DNA of 39,810 bases from Planctomycetota bacterium (GCA_030628375.1 DAOVRD010000001.1:1-39810), one strand, 5' to 3'; positions 18,609 through 27,268 are shown, counted from the first letter of the stretch. Made by a program: numbers and translations. Notes: generated from the letters alone by a model not told the origin.

Positions 18609-19397
18609 TCACCGGCACGGCCGGTCCGTGTCCGGCGGACGCTGCTGTTGCACGTCCGCCTTCCGACCCACAATCAGCAAGTACGCGGGCAGCTTGTCCA
18701 GGTTCGCCTTCATCCAGAACTCGTCCTCTACGTGCTCCCCGTGCTCATCGACTTCCACCAGGGCGCAACCGGCGTCCAGCACAGCCTGGATGTGATCGGC
18801 GACCGTCCAGTGGAACTCAAATTGAGGCTGGCCTTCGTCAGACCGATACTCGTAAGGCCCGCGGTTGAAATACCGGTGGCGTGGCGCGGGACCGTCGCTG
18901 TCGAGCCACATCCGCCTGATCGGGTGGTAGTCGTTGACGACAAGAATGCCTCCCGGCCTCAGCACACGCACGGCCTCCGCGTAGTACTTCCGAACATCGG
19001 AGACCCAGACCGACATGTGGCCACCCGTGTAGACGAGGTCGAAGGTGCTATCCCCCACACTGCTCAGGTCGGTAACGTCGGCCCTCAAGAAGGTCACCTC
19101 CAGCCCGAGAGCGCGTGCCCTCTCCTCGGCGATCTCCAGTCGCCTCTCGGATATGTCCACCGAGGTGACTTTGCCGCCCATTCCGGCCAGGGCGAAGACG
19201 ACCTCGTTGTCCCCGCTGCCCAGCACGCAGACATCCTTTCCCTGGACGTCCGTCAGGAACGGCATTTCGGCGGGGGAGAGGACCAGTGTCGGGTCCCGAT
19301 GACACCTCATCCAGAGGCCCCTCTTATCCTCCCTCTCCTTCCACCACTGGGCCGAAGCATTCCAGGCGGCCCGATTTGCCTCATGCATCTCGTTCAT
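18609..19397 (-). CDS. Class I SAM-dependent methyltransferase
   Basis: ATG at 19397 (MNEMHEANRAAW) within track ORF 18609-19640. Motif I is VCVLGSGDNEVVFALAGMGGKVTSVD, with LRPGGILVV downstream. Confidence 0.8.
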   Translation of the reverse strand: MNEMHEANRAAWNASAQWWKEREDKRGLWMRCHRDPTLVLSPAEMPFLTDVQGKDVCVLGSGDNEVVFALAGMGGKVTSVDISERRLEIAEERARALGLEVTFLRADVTDLSSVGDSTFDLVYTGGHMSVWVSDVRKYYAEAVRVLRPGGILVVNDYHPIRRMWLDSDGPAPRHRYFNRGPYEYRSDEGQPQFEFHWTVADHIQAVLDAGCALVEVDEHGEHVEDEFWMKANLDKLPAYLLIVGRKADVQQQRPPDTDRPCR

Positions 19398-19561
19398 TTC
19401 ACTCGTCCGGCTATTGATTGCCTCGTTTCCGCATAAGACCCGCTGAGTTCCATCATTCAACGCCTGCCGGCCGAACCGCCGAGCTTGAGTCGTCAACGCC
19501 TTCCAGCGGCGCCGCTCACGCGGGCAGTTTGCCGCTTGGCCATGCAACCGCGGCTGTAAGT

Positions 19562-19951
19562 TCAGTAGTCCCTGATGACCATGCCTACCGAAGGCTGCAT
19601 CCCGAACCTCGAGTAGAAAGGCTGCAATGCAGGATAGCATGTCAGGTCAATACAGGGAATGCCCCGCAGCTTCTCAAGAATCCGCCTCATCAATCCGGTC
19701 CCGATACCTTGATTCTGGTATTCGGGGAGCACTTCGAGAAGGTAGATGAAGGCCTGCTGAACATGGTCCGTGAGCGCCACAGCGAAACCCACGACTCGAT
19801 GCTCGTCGGGGTCCACCGCGACGATCTTGACGCCACTGTTCGCGAGAATCTTGAGATGCGTTTCAGGGTCATGGGGCCTCTTCCACCCCACAAAGAATCC
19901 CTGCAGCATGCCGGGCGTAATCGCGTCACTCGTGTCCGTGTATTCGATCAT
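19562..19951 (-). CDS. GNAT family N-acetyltransferase
   Basis: 129 aa: IYLLEVLPEYQNQGIGTGLMRRILEKL (motif A). The start overlaps the upstream stop (ATGA at 19948-19951). Confidence 0.85.
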   Translation of the reverse strand: MIEYTDTSDAITPGMLQGFFVGWKRPHDPETHLKILANSGVKIVAVDPDEHRVVGFAVALTDHVQQAFIYLLEVLPEYQNQGIGTGLMRRILEKLRGIPCIDLTCYPALQPFYSRFGMQPSVGMVIRDY

Positions 19952-20538
19952 TGCCTATCGTCCGGAACGAGAAGTTCGGCAACGAGTGCCTTTCCTTGGG
20001 CCAACTCCGCCGGGGGGAACTCGCCGCCCCGGATCATGTCAACAAGTTCCTGCGTGCTGTCTAACGCTGCGGCCAGTTGCGAGCCCGAAATGAGACCGAT
20101 GCCAAGAGCCATTCCCAGGTCGCTCAGGTCCAGCACGCTGTGCGTGCGGAGGTCTTCCTGAACGATCACGTCGCAGAAAAGGTCGGTGAAGAGCCAACAG
20201 CCAAGCGTCTCCTCGTGGCAAATGCTGCCAATGTGAACGTACCACGGCCAGTCCTCTCCGAGATTTGGGAAGCAGGCATTCTCGATGATGGCCCACTTCT
20301 TTCGTGGCAAGTAGTAGAGGAGCGACTTCGGGCCATAGCCGATCCCTGGATGGGGCCTCTCCACAATCAACTCGTCGCTGATCTGCCACCAACGCCAGTC
20401 CTCGTCCGGCGTCTCCCGGGATGCCACGACTTTCTGCTGGATGTGCGCGGAGACAACTTCGGGCGGATTGACCTTGAATCCCCGCCCTTCGCCATGCTCC
20501 TTGCCCAACCTTCGCCACACGACAAGGGTCCTTTCCAA
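19948..20538 (-). CDS. DUF402-like protein (FomD/Ntdp-type nucleoside phosphatase fold; tentative)
   Basis: 196 aa with a TTG start at 20538 and GGAGG 6 nt upstream. WYVHIGSICHEE...LFTDLFCDVIVQEDLRTHSVLDLSDL resembles the DUF402 acidic motif. Confidence 0.6.
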   Translation of the reverse strand: MERTLVVWRRLGKEHGEGRGFKVNPPEVVSAHIQQKVVASRETPDEDWRWWQISDELIVERPHPGIGYGPKSLLYYLPRKKWAIIENACFPNLGEDWPWYVHIGSICHEETLGCWLFTDLFCDVIVQEDLRTHSVLDLSDLGMALGIGLISGSQLAAALDSTQELVDMIRGGEFPPAELAQGKALVAELLVPDDRQ

Positions 20539-20609
20539 GGCTTGCCTCCGTTCCGCATGCGCTCTCCGTGCAATCGGGATTGATCATTCAACGCCAGGGG
20601 ACCGAACCG

Positions 20610-21344
20610 TCAGGCTTGAGGCGGTTGAAAGTGCGGTTGCTGGCCACTCTTGTATCCCCAGACGAGGCAACCTCGCTTGGTCACCGTAAGCGGCGCGCCC
20701 AAACGACGGGCGGCCTCCTGGCACTCACCTGCGTCCATTCCTCTGCCGAATAGATACTCCGCCACGGCCTCCACATCCGGCAGATGGATCATGGGAGCGT
20801 CCCACGCCTCCACCTCGACGTTCGCGAAGAACCTGGCGACAAGGTCCGGCGCATCCTCGGCGTCGAACGTCGAAGGTCGTGTGGGCATCACTTCGGCCAA
20901 CTCCGGATCGTTGTGCCGGCTGGGGGCCGCCGCAACGAAGAGCCCACCGGCACGCAGAACACGGCAACTCTCGCTGAGAGCCTTCTCGGGCTCCGACAGA
21001 TGGTAAAGCACGTACAGCGCGGCGACCGCTCCGAACCAGCCGGTTCGAAACGGAAGCGATGATGCGTCGCCGAGGACTCGCGACCCCGGCACGGCCGACA
21101 GCATCGTTGCGGAGTTGTCAAGCCCCACGACTTGAATCCCTTGATCTTGCAGGAGCCGGCACAATCTGCCTTCGCCACATCCAACGTCCAGGACGGGCTG
21201 CAAGCCCTCCCTCACGATTCGTTCTGCGACGGATTCATGAACATCGCCCTTGCCGTACTTGCGGGGGCATTCGCTGCCAACGCGGAAGCGCTCGGGATTC
21301 GTGTCATAATCTGCTGGAGCCGCTTGCGCTCGTTCTTCATCCAT
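20610..21344 (-). CDS. Class I SAM-dependent methyltransferase
   Basis: ATG at 21344 (MDEERAQ); the track start at 21377 is a TTG without an RBS. Motif I is VLDVGCGEGRLCRLLQDQGIQVVGLD, with LRAGGLFV downstream. Confidence 0.8.
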   Translation of the reverse strand: MDEERAQAAPADYDTNPERFRVGSECPRKYGKGDVHESVAERIVREGLQPVLDVGCGEGRLCRLLQDQGIQVVGLDNSATMLSAVPGSRVLGDASSLPFRTGWFGAVAALYVLYHLSEPEKALSESCRVLRAGGLFVAAAPSRHNDPELAEVMPTRPSTFDAEDAPDLVARFFANVEVEAWDAPMIHLPDVEAVAEYLFGRGMDAGECQEAARRLGAPLTVTKRGCLVWGYKSGQQPHFQPPQA

Positions 21345-21582
21345 TCTTGTCTGGCTCACACGAAGCGTAGTCGCCAACTAGCGCGCCAACCGCCGGTCGG
21401 TCGGACACCGAACCCGAGGAGCTTGAAACGTAGTCTGGCAGATCCTCGTACTGCCACATTCGCCGGCACTCGCTCTCGGCGTCCGTCGCCTTGCCCGCCT
21501 CGAAGCGTATTGTAACCGCGCCGTAGAGGTCTTCCAAGATAAGTCGAGTCAGGAATCTCAACAGTCTCGCGCCTTCCCGCAT
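21337..21582 (-). CDS. Small DUF2292 (YezD)-like protein
   Basis: LILEDLYGAVTIRFEAGKATDAESECRRMW resembles the DUF2292 core (YGSV-x-I-x-x-x-x-G-K-V). Start is ATG 21582, or 21621 as an alternative. It overlaps the next methyltransferase start by 8 nt. Confidence 0.5.
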   Translation of the reverse strand: MREGARLLRFLTRLILEDLYGAVTIRFEAGKATDAESECRRMWQYEDLPDYVSSSSGSVSDRPAVGALVGDYASCEPDKNG

Positions 21583-21655
21583 TCGTGCGTCCTGGCGATG
21601 AGGGGCAGGGGGGCCAGACATGCTGTGCCTGCGCCAGGCGCTTAATAAAGAAAGC

Positions 21656-21684
21656 TTGACTAAGCCGAACCAGCAGATTAAGAT
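21656..21684 (+). promoter_or_regulatory. Candidate sigma70-type promoter upstream of the Fic remnant
   Basis: TTGACT (21656-21661), 17 nt spacer, TAAGAT (21679-21684), in an AT-rich patch. Hexamer match only. Confidence 0.45.
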
Positions 21685-21728
21685 GTCTTCACTAACGCCT
21701 CACGCTGGGAAAGGCGGCCTGACCAGCG

Positions 21729-21875
21729 ATGGCACGGGTCATCGGCTCCTGCTGCCAGATGAATGTCGAAGGAGAGACGGTCCGCGCCTTCATCCCGCGT
21801 CCTTTGCCTCCCGAGAAGCCGCCCCTTCGCATCGAGGGCGCGCTGGGCGAGCGCCCCGCCGAGAGTGACCGTTAG
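21729..21875 (+). pseudogene. Fic-family protein, N-terminal remnant (48 codons)
   Basis: Manual translation: MARVIGSCCQMNVEGETVRAFIPRPLPPEKPPLRIEGALGERPAESDR*. The AF(I/V)PxPLPP...L segment is typical of the Fic_N region. The TAG stop lies inside GTTAGGC at 21871-21877. Confidence 0.6.
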
Positions 21876-22333
21876 GCCGCATCACGTACATCCGTCACAA
21901 CACACAAGAAAAGTGCGCGGACATGAAGCAAAACACCGTCATTCACATCCTGCTTGGCATGGCAGTTCTGGCAGCCATTCCACTACTTTACCTTCTGCTG
22001 GCTCCTCACGGCCAGACCAAGCTCTCGCCTTCGCAGTGGGCCATGTTCGGTGGACTGGCCCTGGCCTTAGTGCTGGCAGTCTTCGTTTCGAGCCTGCTGC
22101 GCCGGTTGAGAGGCCCAGTTCCGCCGCAGCTTCTATCGCCTGCGGACATCAGGTTTTGCGTTCTGGTGACAGTAGTGACGTGTGCTCTCGTATTCTTCGG
22201 AGTCTGGGCATGCGGGCCGCTCGGTTCGTTGGCCATGATGCTTGTACCGCTATCATTCACGTTCCGCTTCCGCAGGCCACGCGTGCAACGAGACGATCAG
22301 TAGAGTTAGCTGAGGAGACCCATGCCGCCTAAC
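21871..22333. mobile_element. 463-bp lower-G+C insert bounded by 12-bp imperfect terminal inverted repeats, carrying one small membrane-protein ORF
   Basis: The left end GTTAGGCCGCAT (21871-21882) matches the reverse complement of the right end ATGCCGCCTAAC (22322-22333) at 11 of 12 positions. The ends coincide exactly with where the two Fic remnants stop and resume. No transposase is present. Confidence 0.5.
21923..22303 (+). CDS. Small integral membrane protein (126 aa, about 4 predicted helices), unknown function
   Basis: ORF inside the insert with hydrophobic segments ILLGMAVLAAIPLLYLLL, FGGLALALVLAVFVSSLL, FCVLVTVVTCALVFFGVWA and LAMMLVPLSF. Confidence 0.6.
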   Translation: MKQNTVIHILLGMAVLAAIPLLYLLLAPHGQTKLSPSQWAMFGGLALALVLAVFVSSLLRRLRGPVPPQLLSPADIRFCVLVTVVTCALVFFGVWACGPLGSLAMMLVPLSFTFRFRRPRVQRDDQ

Positions 22334-22671
22334 ACGGCGCTGGAGCCAACAGCCGCGCCGTTTCTCCGTTGCCGAGCGGCGTGGTCACCGACGAAGAGAC
22401 CGGACAGGTCGTCGTAAACGATGCGGTCGCCTCGGTCACGGCCATCAGGTTGTTCGATCTCCTGCCGGAGCATCGCATCGTCACCCTGTCGAACGCGGCG
22501 GAGCTTCTCAAGGCTTCGAAGCCCACAGCCAGCAAAGCCATTGACGCGCTGACCTCGGCGGGCGTGCTGGGCGAGATCACCGGCAGACGCCGGGACCGCG
22601 TCTTCGCCTACCGGGCCTACCTCGACGTGCTTGCCGAGGACACCGAAGTGGAACGCCCCCAGGGAGGGTAG
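22334..22671 (+). pseudogene. Fic-family protein, C-terminal winged-helix remnant
   Basis: The frame opens right after the TAA inside GCCTAAC. LFDLLPEHRIVTLSNAAELLKASKPTASKAIDALTSAGVLGEITGRRRDRVFAYRAYLDVL is the typical C-terminal wHTH of Fic/DOC proteins. No HxFx(D/E)GNGRxxR catalytic motif lies between the two remnants. Confidence 0.6.
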
Positions 22672-22706
22672 GGGCGAAGCCGGGAACGGGCGCAGTTTGT
22701 CCCGCG

Positions 22707-22733
22707 TATCCTGCCTATCCTGTACATCCTGTT
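22707..22733. repeat. Three ATCCTG hexamers at 9-bp periodicity between convergent genes
   Basis: TATCCTGCC TATCCTGTA CATCCTGTT, with ATCCTG at 22708, 22717 and 22726. Confidence 0.8.
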
Positions 22734-22781
22734 AAGGTCGTTGCATTCCCGGCCATGCCATGCCCTCCTTCCGGTTGTCGG

Positions 22782-23756
22782 TCAGGGCTCGCTGTCTATG
22801 CGCGCCACGTAGTCCTTGACGCGCATCACATTCTCCGGCGGCGTCTCGTAGGGCAGGGCGCCGGTGCCCAGACACACGTTGTCCCTACCGGCCGTCAGAT
22901 TCAGGATGCGATCAACTTCGGCACGGATCTCGTCCCACGTCCCCCTGGCGATCACTTCGGGAGACGTGTTCACGCGGACCGTCACCTCGGTCCGATCCCA
23001 AACGCGCTCCATGAATGCCTGCTGGTCCGTCTCGGTCGGACAGATGACGTAGCCGGTGCCCGTCTCCAGGATCGCGTCCAGGATCGGCGTCGTGTCCCCG
23101 CCGATGATGCAGGGAACCGGATGCCCCACGATCGAGGCCGCCCCCTTCATGATGCTCTTCAGGGGCGGCAGCTCCACCTGCCTGAACTGCCCCGGCGACA
23201 GAAGCGGAGGCGCGGCTCCCGACTCGAAGAACGCGATGTCCAGACCGCGACGGCGGATCTCCTGGCAGAACGGCATCTGCCCGTCCACCAGATGCTCGAG
23301 CGCCCTTATCGTGCCGTCGGGATTGAGCAGCACCTCGGCGAGCAGGACGTCGGCCCCCAGCAGGTTCATGGCTATCGAGAACGGGCCGCTCAGAGGAATG
23401 CGCACGTCCGCCCCGGGGAACTCCCGCGCCAGGCACACGCCCACCTCAATCACCATGGGAATGCGCCCGGCCACCCGGGGGTCCGGCGCCTCCAGCGTCG
23501 CCAGCTCTTCGACACTGCGACACACGTGACGCGTGATGGCCGGGATGCCGCTGCCGCCCGGCTCGTCAACGGGAGCGCCGTAGGCCTCCGCCTCCAGGTT
23601 GTATATGTCTATGCCGACGACGACGGGCGAGTGACCGTACAGGCGGTAGGCTTCGGCATGGCCCAGGAACATCAGGTCCGCATCCCGCGACACCTCCCAC
23701 GGGCTGCGGTCTATCAACTGGGCTGCGTGTTCGTAGACGGACGGCGCGAAATCCAT
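22782..23756 (-). CDS. Uroporphyrinogen decarboxylase (URO-D)/MtaA-CmuA-like family protein
   Basis: ATG at 23756 (GGGGAGGG upstream; ATG at 23762 also possible) within track ORF 22782-23906. The length and sequence (YGHSPVVVGIDIYNLEAEAYG...FFESGAAPPLLSP...GHPVPCIIGGDTTPIL) fit the URO-D fold family. Confidence 0.7.
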   Translation of the reverse strand: MDFAPSVYEHAAQLIDRSPWEVSRDADLMFLGHAEAYRLYGHSPVVVGIDIYNLEAEAYGAPVDEPGGSGIPAITRHVCRSVEELATLEAPDPRVAGRIPMVIEVGVCLAREFPGADVRIPLSGPFSIAMNLLGADVLLAEVLLNPDGTIRALEHLVDGQMPFCQEIRRRGLDIAFFESGAAPPLLSPGQFRQVELPPLKSIMKGAASIVGHPVPCIIGGDTTPILDAILETGTGYVICPTETDQQAFMERVWDRTEVTVRVNTSPEVIARGTWDEIRAEVDRILNLTAGRDNVCLGTGALPYETPPENVMRVKDYVARIDSEP

Positions 23757-23839
23757 CCGCATCCCTCCCCTTGGAGTCCCCGGAAGCAGCCGTAGGATAA
23801 TGCCGATCCCACGGACAGTCAACGTGACGGGCGGCTGCT

Positions 23840-23867
23840 GTAGGGGCACGGCGCGCCGTGCCCTTAC
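23840..23867. repeat. REP-like element: GTAG + 20-bp perfect palindrome (intergenic copy)
   Basis: GTAGGGGCACGGCGCGCCGTGCCCTTAC, in the divergent region between the URO-D-like and DUF1284 genes. Confidence 0.85.
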
Positions 23868-24073
23868 GGCTCGGCACCACGCACCACCAGCGCAATGCAA
23901 GAACACAACACGACTTTCTTACCGATACCTGCGTCCCGGAGTCCGGCCTCTCCGATTGCCGCGCGCGGGCGACCATCGGGCGTTTGCCTGCGCGGCGCCC
24001 ATTGCTTATGATCTTTCCGGAAGCGGCGCACGGTCGTCGCAGTTCCTTCCTTCCCTTTGCGGCGGGCAGAGCT

Positions 24074-24541
24074 ATGGACCCGATCAGGCTGCGGCCCCAT
24101 CACCTTCTGGATATCGTGACTCGCTACAAGCCGGACGACGACCCGGACTACGTGCGGGAGCCCGGAGGGAACAACGTCAGGACTTTCACCCGGATGTTCA
24201 GCAAGGACCTGGACATCCCCGCGGAGTTCATCGTCGGGTGGGACTTCATCTGCGAACCCTGCTCGCACCTCCAGCCGGACGGATCCTGCGACCAGGTACT
24301 GACACGCCACGATCCGCCCCTGCGCATGGACGATTACAACGACCCGCTCGACACGCGGCTGCTGAAGTATCTGGACATGGAGCCCGGCACCGTAATGACC
24401 GTCCGGCAGTTCCTGGAACTCGTCAACGAGCACGTGCCCGGCATCGAGGAGGCCTACGCGCAGCCGACCGAAGCGAAGGAAGCGCGGCGCGCCGGCCTCA
24501 TCAACGGCCTGGTCCAGCTCGGCATCAGGTCGGCAGAGTAG
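24074..24541 (+). CDS. DUF1284-like protein
   Basis: ATG at 24074 within track ORF 23858-24541. MDPIRLRPHHLLDIV...GWDFICEPCSHLQPDGSC resembles the DUF1284 pattern (RPHHLLC...D-x-I-C-x-x-C). Confidence 0.6.
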   Translation: MDPIRLRPHHLLDIVTRYKPDDDPDYVREPGGNNVRTFTRMFSKDLDIPAEFIVGWDFICEPCSHLQPDGSCDQVLTRHDPPLRMDDYNDPLDTRLLKYLDMEPGTVMTVRQFLELVNEHVPGIEEAYAQPTEAKEARRAGLINGLVQLGIRSAE

Positions 24542-24601
24542 TACACAGAAGCCGGCGCGCGCGGCCGCATCGCCGGATGGTTTGCGGCCCGGGGAGGTGT
24601 C

Positions 24602-25981
24602 ATGATCGAGATCGCTTACCGCGAGCTGTACGCGCCCGCCCACTTCGGCAACTCCTACGAGGTCATGTATCCCGGCGAGATGCGCGAGCTGCTGGCCGAA
24701 GCGAAGTTCTGGGGGTTCAACGCCTACGGCGATTGGTTCGACGCCGCCGACCTGCGCAATCCTGCGAACAATCCGCGCAACGAATACCTTCAGCCGCAAG
24801 CGTTCCGTGACCGCAAGGTGTCGCACTTCCGCACGGCGGGCGAGCTTGGATTCGACCTCGGCCTGGTGCTGACACCCAATCACGTATACCTGGATCAACT
24901 GCGCGAGGACCTGCGCGCCGAAACGACCGACGAGCGCTACTTCGGGCAGCTTCTCTGCCCCTCAAAGCCCGAAGCTCGGGGCATCATCCTCGAAAACCAC
25001 CGCTACCTCTTTGAAACGCTTCGCGACGCGGGCGTCGCCATCGGCTCACTGGCGGCGTGTCCCTACGACTACGGCGGCTGCGGCTGCGAAGCATGTCGGC
25101 CCTGGATCGTCACCTTCGGCAAGCTGTGCCTGGAGATCGCCGAGCTGGCCGAGGAGTACTTCCCCGGCGTCGCGGCGCGTCTGGTCGGGTGGTGGTGGAC
25201 GGATGAGGACCACGCGGCCTTCACCGCATGGGCCGATGGGGAAGCGCCGGGGCGCTTCGCTTCTATCGCCCGCTACATTAAGTACGGACAGTGCGCGCCC
25301 AACACAAGCCAGCCCATCCCGCGCGGGTGCGCCTCGTTCGCCTTCGTGCACATCGGCTACGCCGACGCCGCCACGCCAAGGGACGTATACGGGCCCTGGG
25401 GGCCCACCATCGCGCCGAATCGCCTCGCGAAGACGGCCAGCAGCTTGTGCGAGGGGGGCGTGCAAGGCTACATGGCCTATTCCGAGGGAGCGTTCGACGA
25501 CGTCAACAAGGCGCTCCTGGCAGGGCTGACGTCGGGAAGATTCGGGCAGCCGCGCGAAGTGCTGGAAGCCTACGCCGAGCGATACCTCGGCGCGCACGGA
25601 ACCGGGCGCACCGCGTGGGCCGAATGGATGATGCAGTGGGGCGAGCCCTTTCAGACCAATACCGCAGAAGCTCGCCGGCAGTTCGACCGTCTCGTGAAGG
25701 GCGCCAGGCGGACGTGGCGGCTGGAGCAGCTCGAGTCGAAACTCCGGCTCTTCGAGGCGCACAACGAGGTCAAGCACAGGAGCGCGTGGGACGCGGAACG
25801 GCTGGCCGCCGCTTCCCGATTCTTCGCCGAGCAGGAGCGCCTGCAGAGGGGGATATGGGGACTCGGCCTCGTCCGCCACGTGCTGAACGAGCGTTTCCAC
25901 CGCCCCGATTGGTACGCGGAGTGGGCGGCCCTCCAGTCGAAGGGCCAGGCAGACACGGCAACGGCCGTGTCGGAGGCATGA
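24602..25981 (+). CDS. Hypothetical protein with Cys cluster, possibly a glycoside-hydrolase-like TIM barrel (function unknown)
   Basis: 459-aa ORF with GGGGAGG RBS. Protein-like composition, with the motif AACPYDYGGCGCEACRPW. No confident family assignment. Confidence 0.7.
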   Translation: MIEIAYRELYAPAHFGNSYEVMYPGEMRELLAEAKFWGFNAYGDWFDAADLRNPANNPRNEYLQPQAFRDRKVSHFRTAGELGFDLGLVLTPNHVYLDQLREDLRAETTDERYFGQLLCPSKPEARGIILENHRYLFETLRDAGVAIGSLAACPYDYGGCGCEACRPWIVTFGKLCLEIAELAEEYFPGVAARLVGWWWTDEDHAAFTAWADGEAPGRFASIARYIKYGQCAPNTSQPIPRGCASFAFVHIGYADAATPRDVYGPWGPTIAPNRLAKTASSLCEGGVQGYMAYSEGAFDDVNKALLAGLTSGRFGQPREVLEAYAERYLGAHGTGRTAWAEWMMQWGEPFQTNTAEARRQFDRLVKGARRTWRLEQLESKLRLFEAHNEVKHRSAWDAERLAAASRFFAEQERLQRGIWGLGLVRHVLNERFHRPDWYAEWAALQSKGQADTATAVSEA

Positions 25982-26023
25982 CTGCGGGACGCCGTCCGAT
26001 TCCCATCGTCGGCCCGCTCCCGG

Positions 26024-27268
26024 TCAGGCGGACGGCGGCTCCGGGGGACGGGGCACGTCGCTCGGGAAGACGGCCCGGAGGACGCGCAGCACATTGCCTC
26101 CGACGATCTTCCGGATGTCCTCGTCCGAATAGCCGCGCTGAACGAGGCCGACGGTGATGTAGGGCCAGTTGGTCCAGTAGCAACTCGCCATGCCCGGAAG
26201 ATCGTGCTCGGGCGGACTGCCTTCCGGGCCCGGCTGCCAGAGCCAGCGCCAGCGCTTCCGCCCATGGAGCCTGCCCATCTTCTTCAGCTCCGAGTGGTAG
26301 GTGGAGGAGGTGGCGCAGTAGTCCATCCCGATGGCCACGTGGTCGGCGCCGAACGTCTTGGCCGCGTACTCGATGTGGTCGAGCATGGCGCTCAGGTCGT
26401 CGCTCATGCCCAGGAAGCCCGGCACGGCGTAGACGCCGATGTAGCCGCCGGTGTCGCAGATGGCCCGGATGACGCCGTCCGGCTTGGAGCGCATGTGGGG
26501 GAACAGGGCGGCGCAGCTCGTATGGCTGGCCACCATCGGCTTCTGGCTGACCTGGGCCGCCTCCAGCGAGGTCTGCCAGCCGCAGTGGGCCACGTCCACC
26601 AGGACGCCGACACGGTTCATCTCCGCCACCACGGCGCGGCCGAAATCGCTCAGGCCCGCGTTGGCCGTCTCGCCGGCGCCGTCGCCGATCATGTTCCGAC
26701 GCTGGTAGGTCAGGTGCATCATCCGGACGCCCAGCTCGAAGAAGATGCGGATGTATTGAAGCTCCTCCTCGACCGACTCCCAGTTCTGCGTGAGGGGGAC
26801 GCCGTTGGTGATCATGGTGAAGCAGGGCCGGCCCTTCTGCTTCGCGGCGACGATGTCGTCGGGAGTGACGGCCCGGTCCACCACGTCGCTCATGTCCGCC
26901 GCGAACGTCATGTGGGCCAGGCGGTGCATGAGGCGCAAGGGCGACTGGCACTCCTCTCCCGCCGTCGCCAGCATGCAGGTGACGCCGGAAGCGTCCCACG
27001 ACTCGGCGTACTCGGCGCGCTCGCGGGCGTCGGTCACCATGCGCGTCATCTGCATCTGTTCGAGCATCTCGCGCACCTCGGTGGCCGGCGCGCCCTCCTC
27101 GGCGGCCGCCTTGAGCGCGTCGCCGTCCGGCGCTGCCCGGGGCGGCAGGCCGTAGGACTCCACCACCAGGGAGTCGGCGTGCAGTTCGAGCCCGTGTTCC
27201 AGGTCCTTCGTGCTGGGCTTCAGGACTGCCAGCGCAGCATCCCGTGCGTTCTGGATCTTTTCGTTCAT
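26024..27268 (-). CDS. Membrane (renal)-type dipeptidase, peptidase family M19
   Basis: ATG at 27268 (GGAGGGG upstream) in track ORF 26024-27289. LELHADSLVVES, LVDVAHCG, MVASHTS and HVAIGMDY are consistent with M19 metal-ligand motifs. Confidence 0.85.
   Translation of the reverse strand: MNEKIQNARDAALAVLKPSTKDLEHGLELHADSLVVESYGLPPRAAPDGDALKAAAEEGAPATEVREMLEQMQMTRMVTDARERAEYAESWDASGVTCMLATAGEECQSPLRLMHRLAHMTFAADMSDVVDRAVTPDDIVAAKQKGRPCFTMITNGVPLTQNWESVEEELQYIRIFFELGVRMMHLTYQRRNMIGDGAGETANAGLSDFGRAVVAEMNRVGVLVDVAHCGWQTSLEAAQVSQKPMVASHTSCAALFPHMRSKPDGVIRAICDTGGYIGVYAVPGFLGMSDDLSAMLDHIEYAAKTFGADHVAIGMDYCATSSTYHSELKKMGRLHGRKRWRWLWQPGPEGSPPEHDLPGMASCYWTNWPYITVGLVQRGYSDEDIRKIVGGNVLRVLRAVFPSDVPRPPEPPSA

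Noticed and set aside
15626-21621. Integron cassette array (CALIN) explanation for the run of small same-strand genes
   Set aside because: Several genes overlap by ATGA or are 20-35 nt apart, leaving no room for attC sites. The two longer spacers (17665-17785, 19398-19561) contain isolated GTTRRRY-like heptamers but no paired R''/L''-L'/R' inverted structure. No integrase is present.
22327-22372. Possible attC after GCCTAAC: a 7-bp stem (ACGGCGC / GCGCCGT) with a 14-nt loop
   Set aside because: At about 35 nt it is far shorter than known attC sites, with no R' GTTRRRY partner and no extrahelical-base pattern. Only the terminal inverted repeat is reported.
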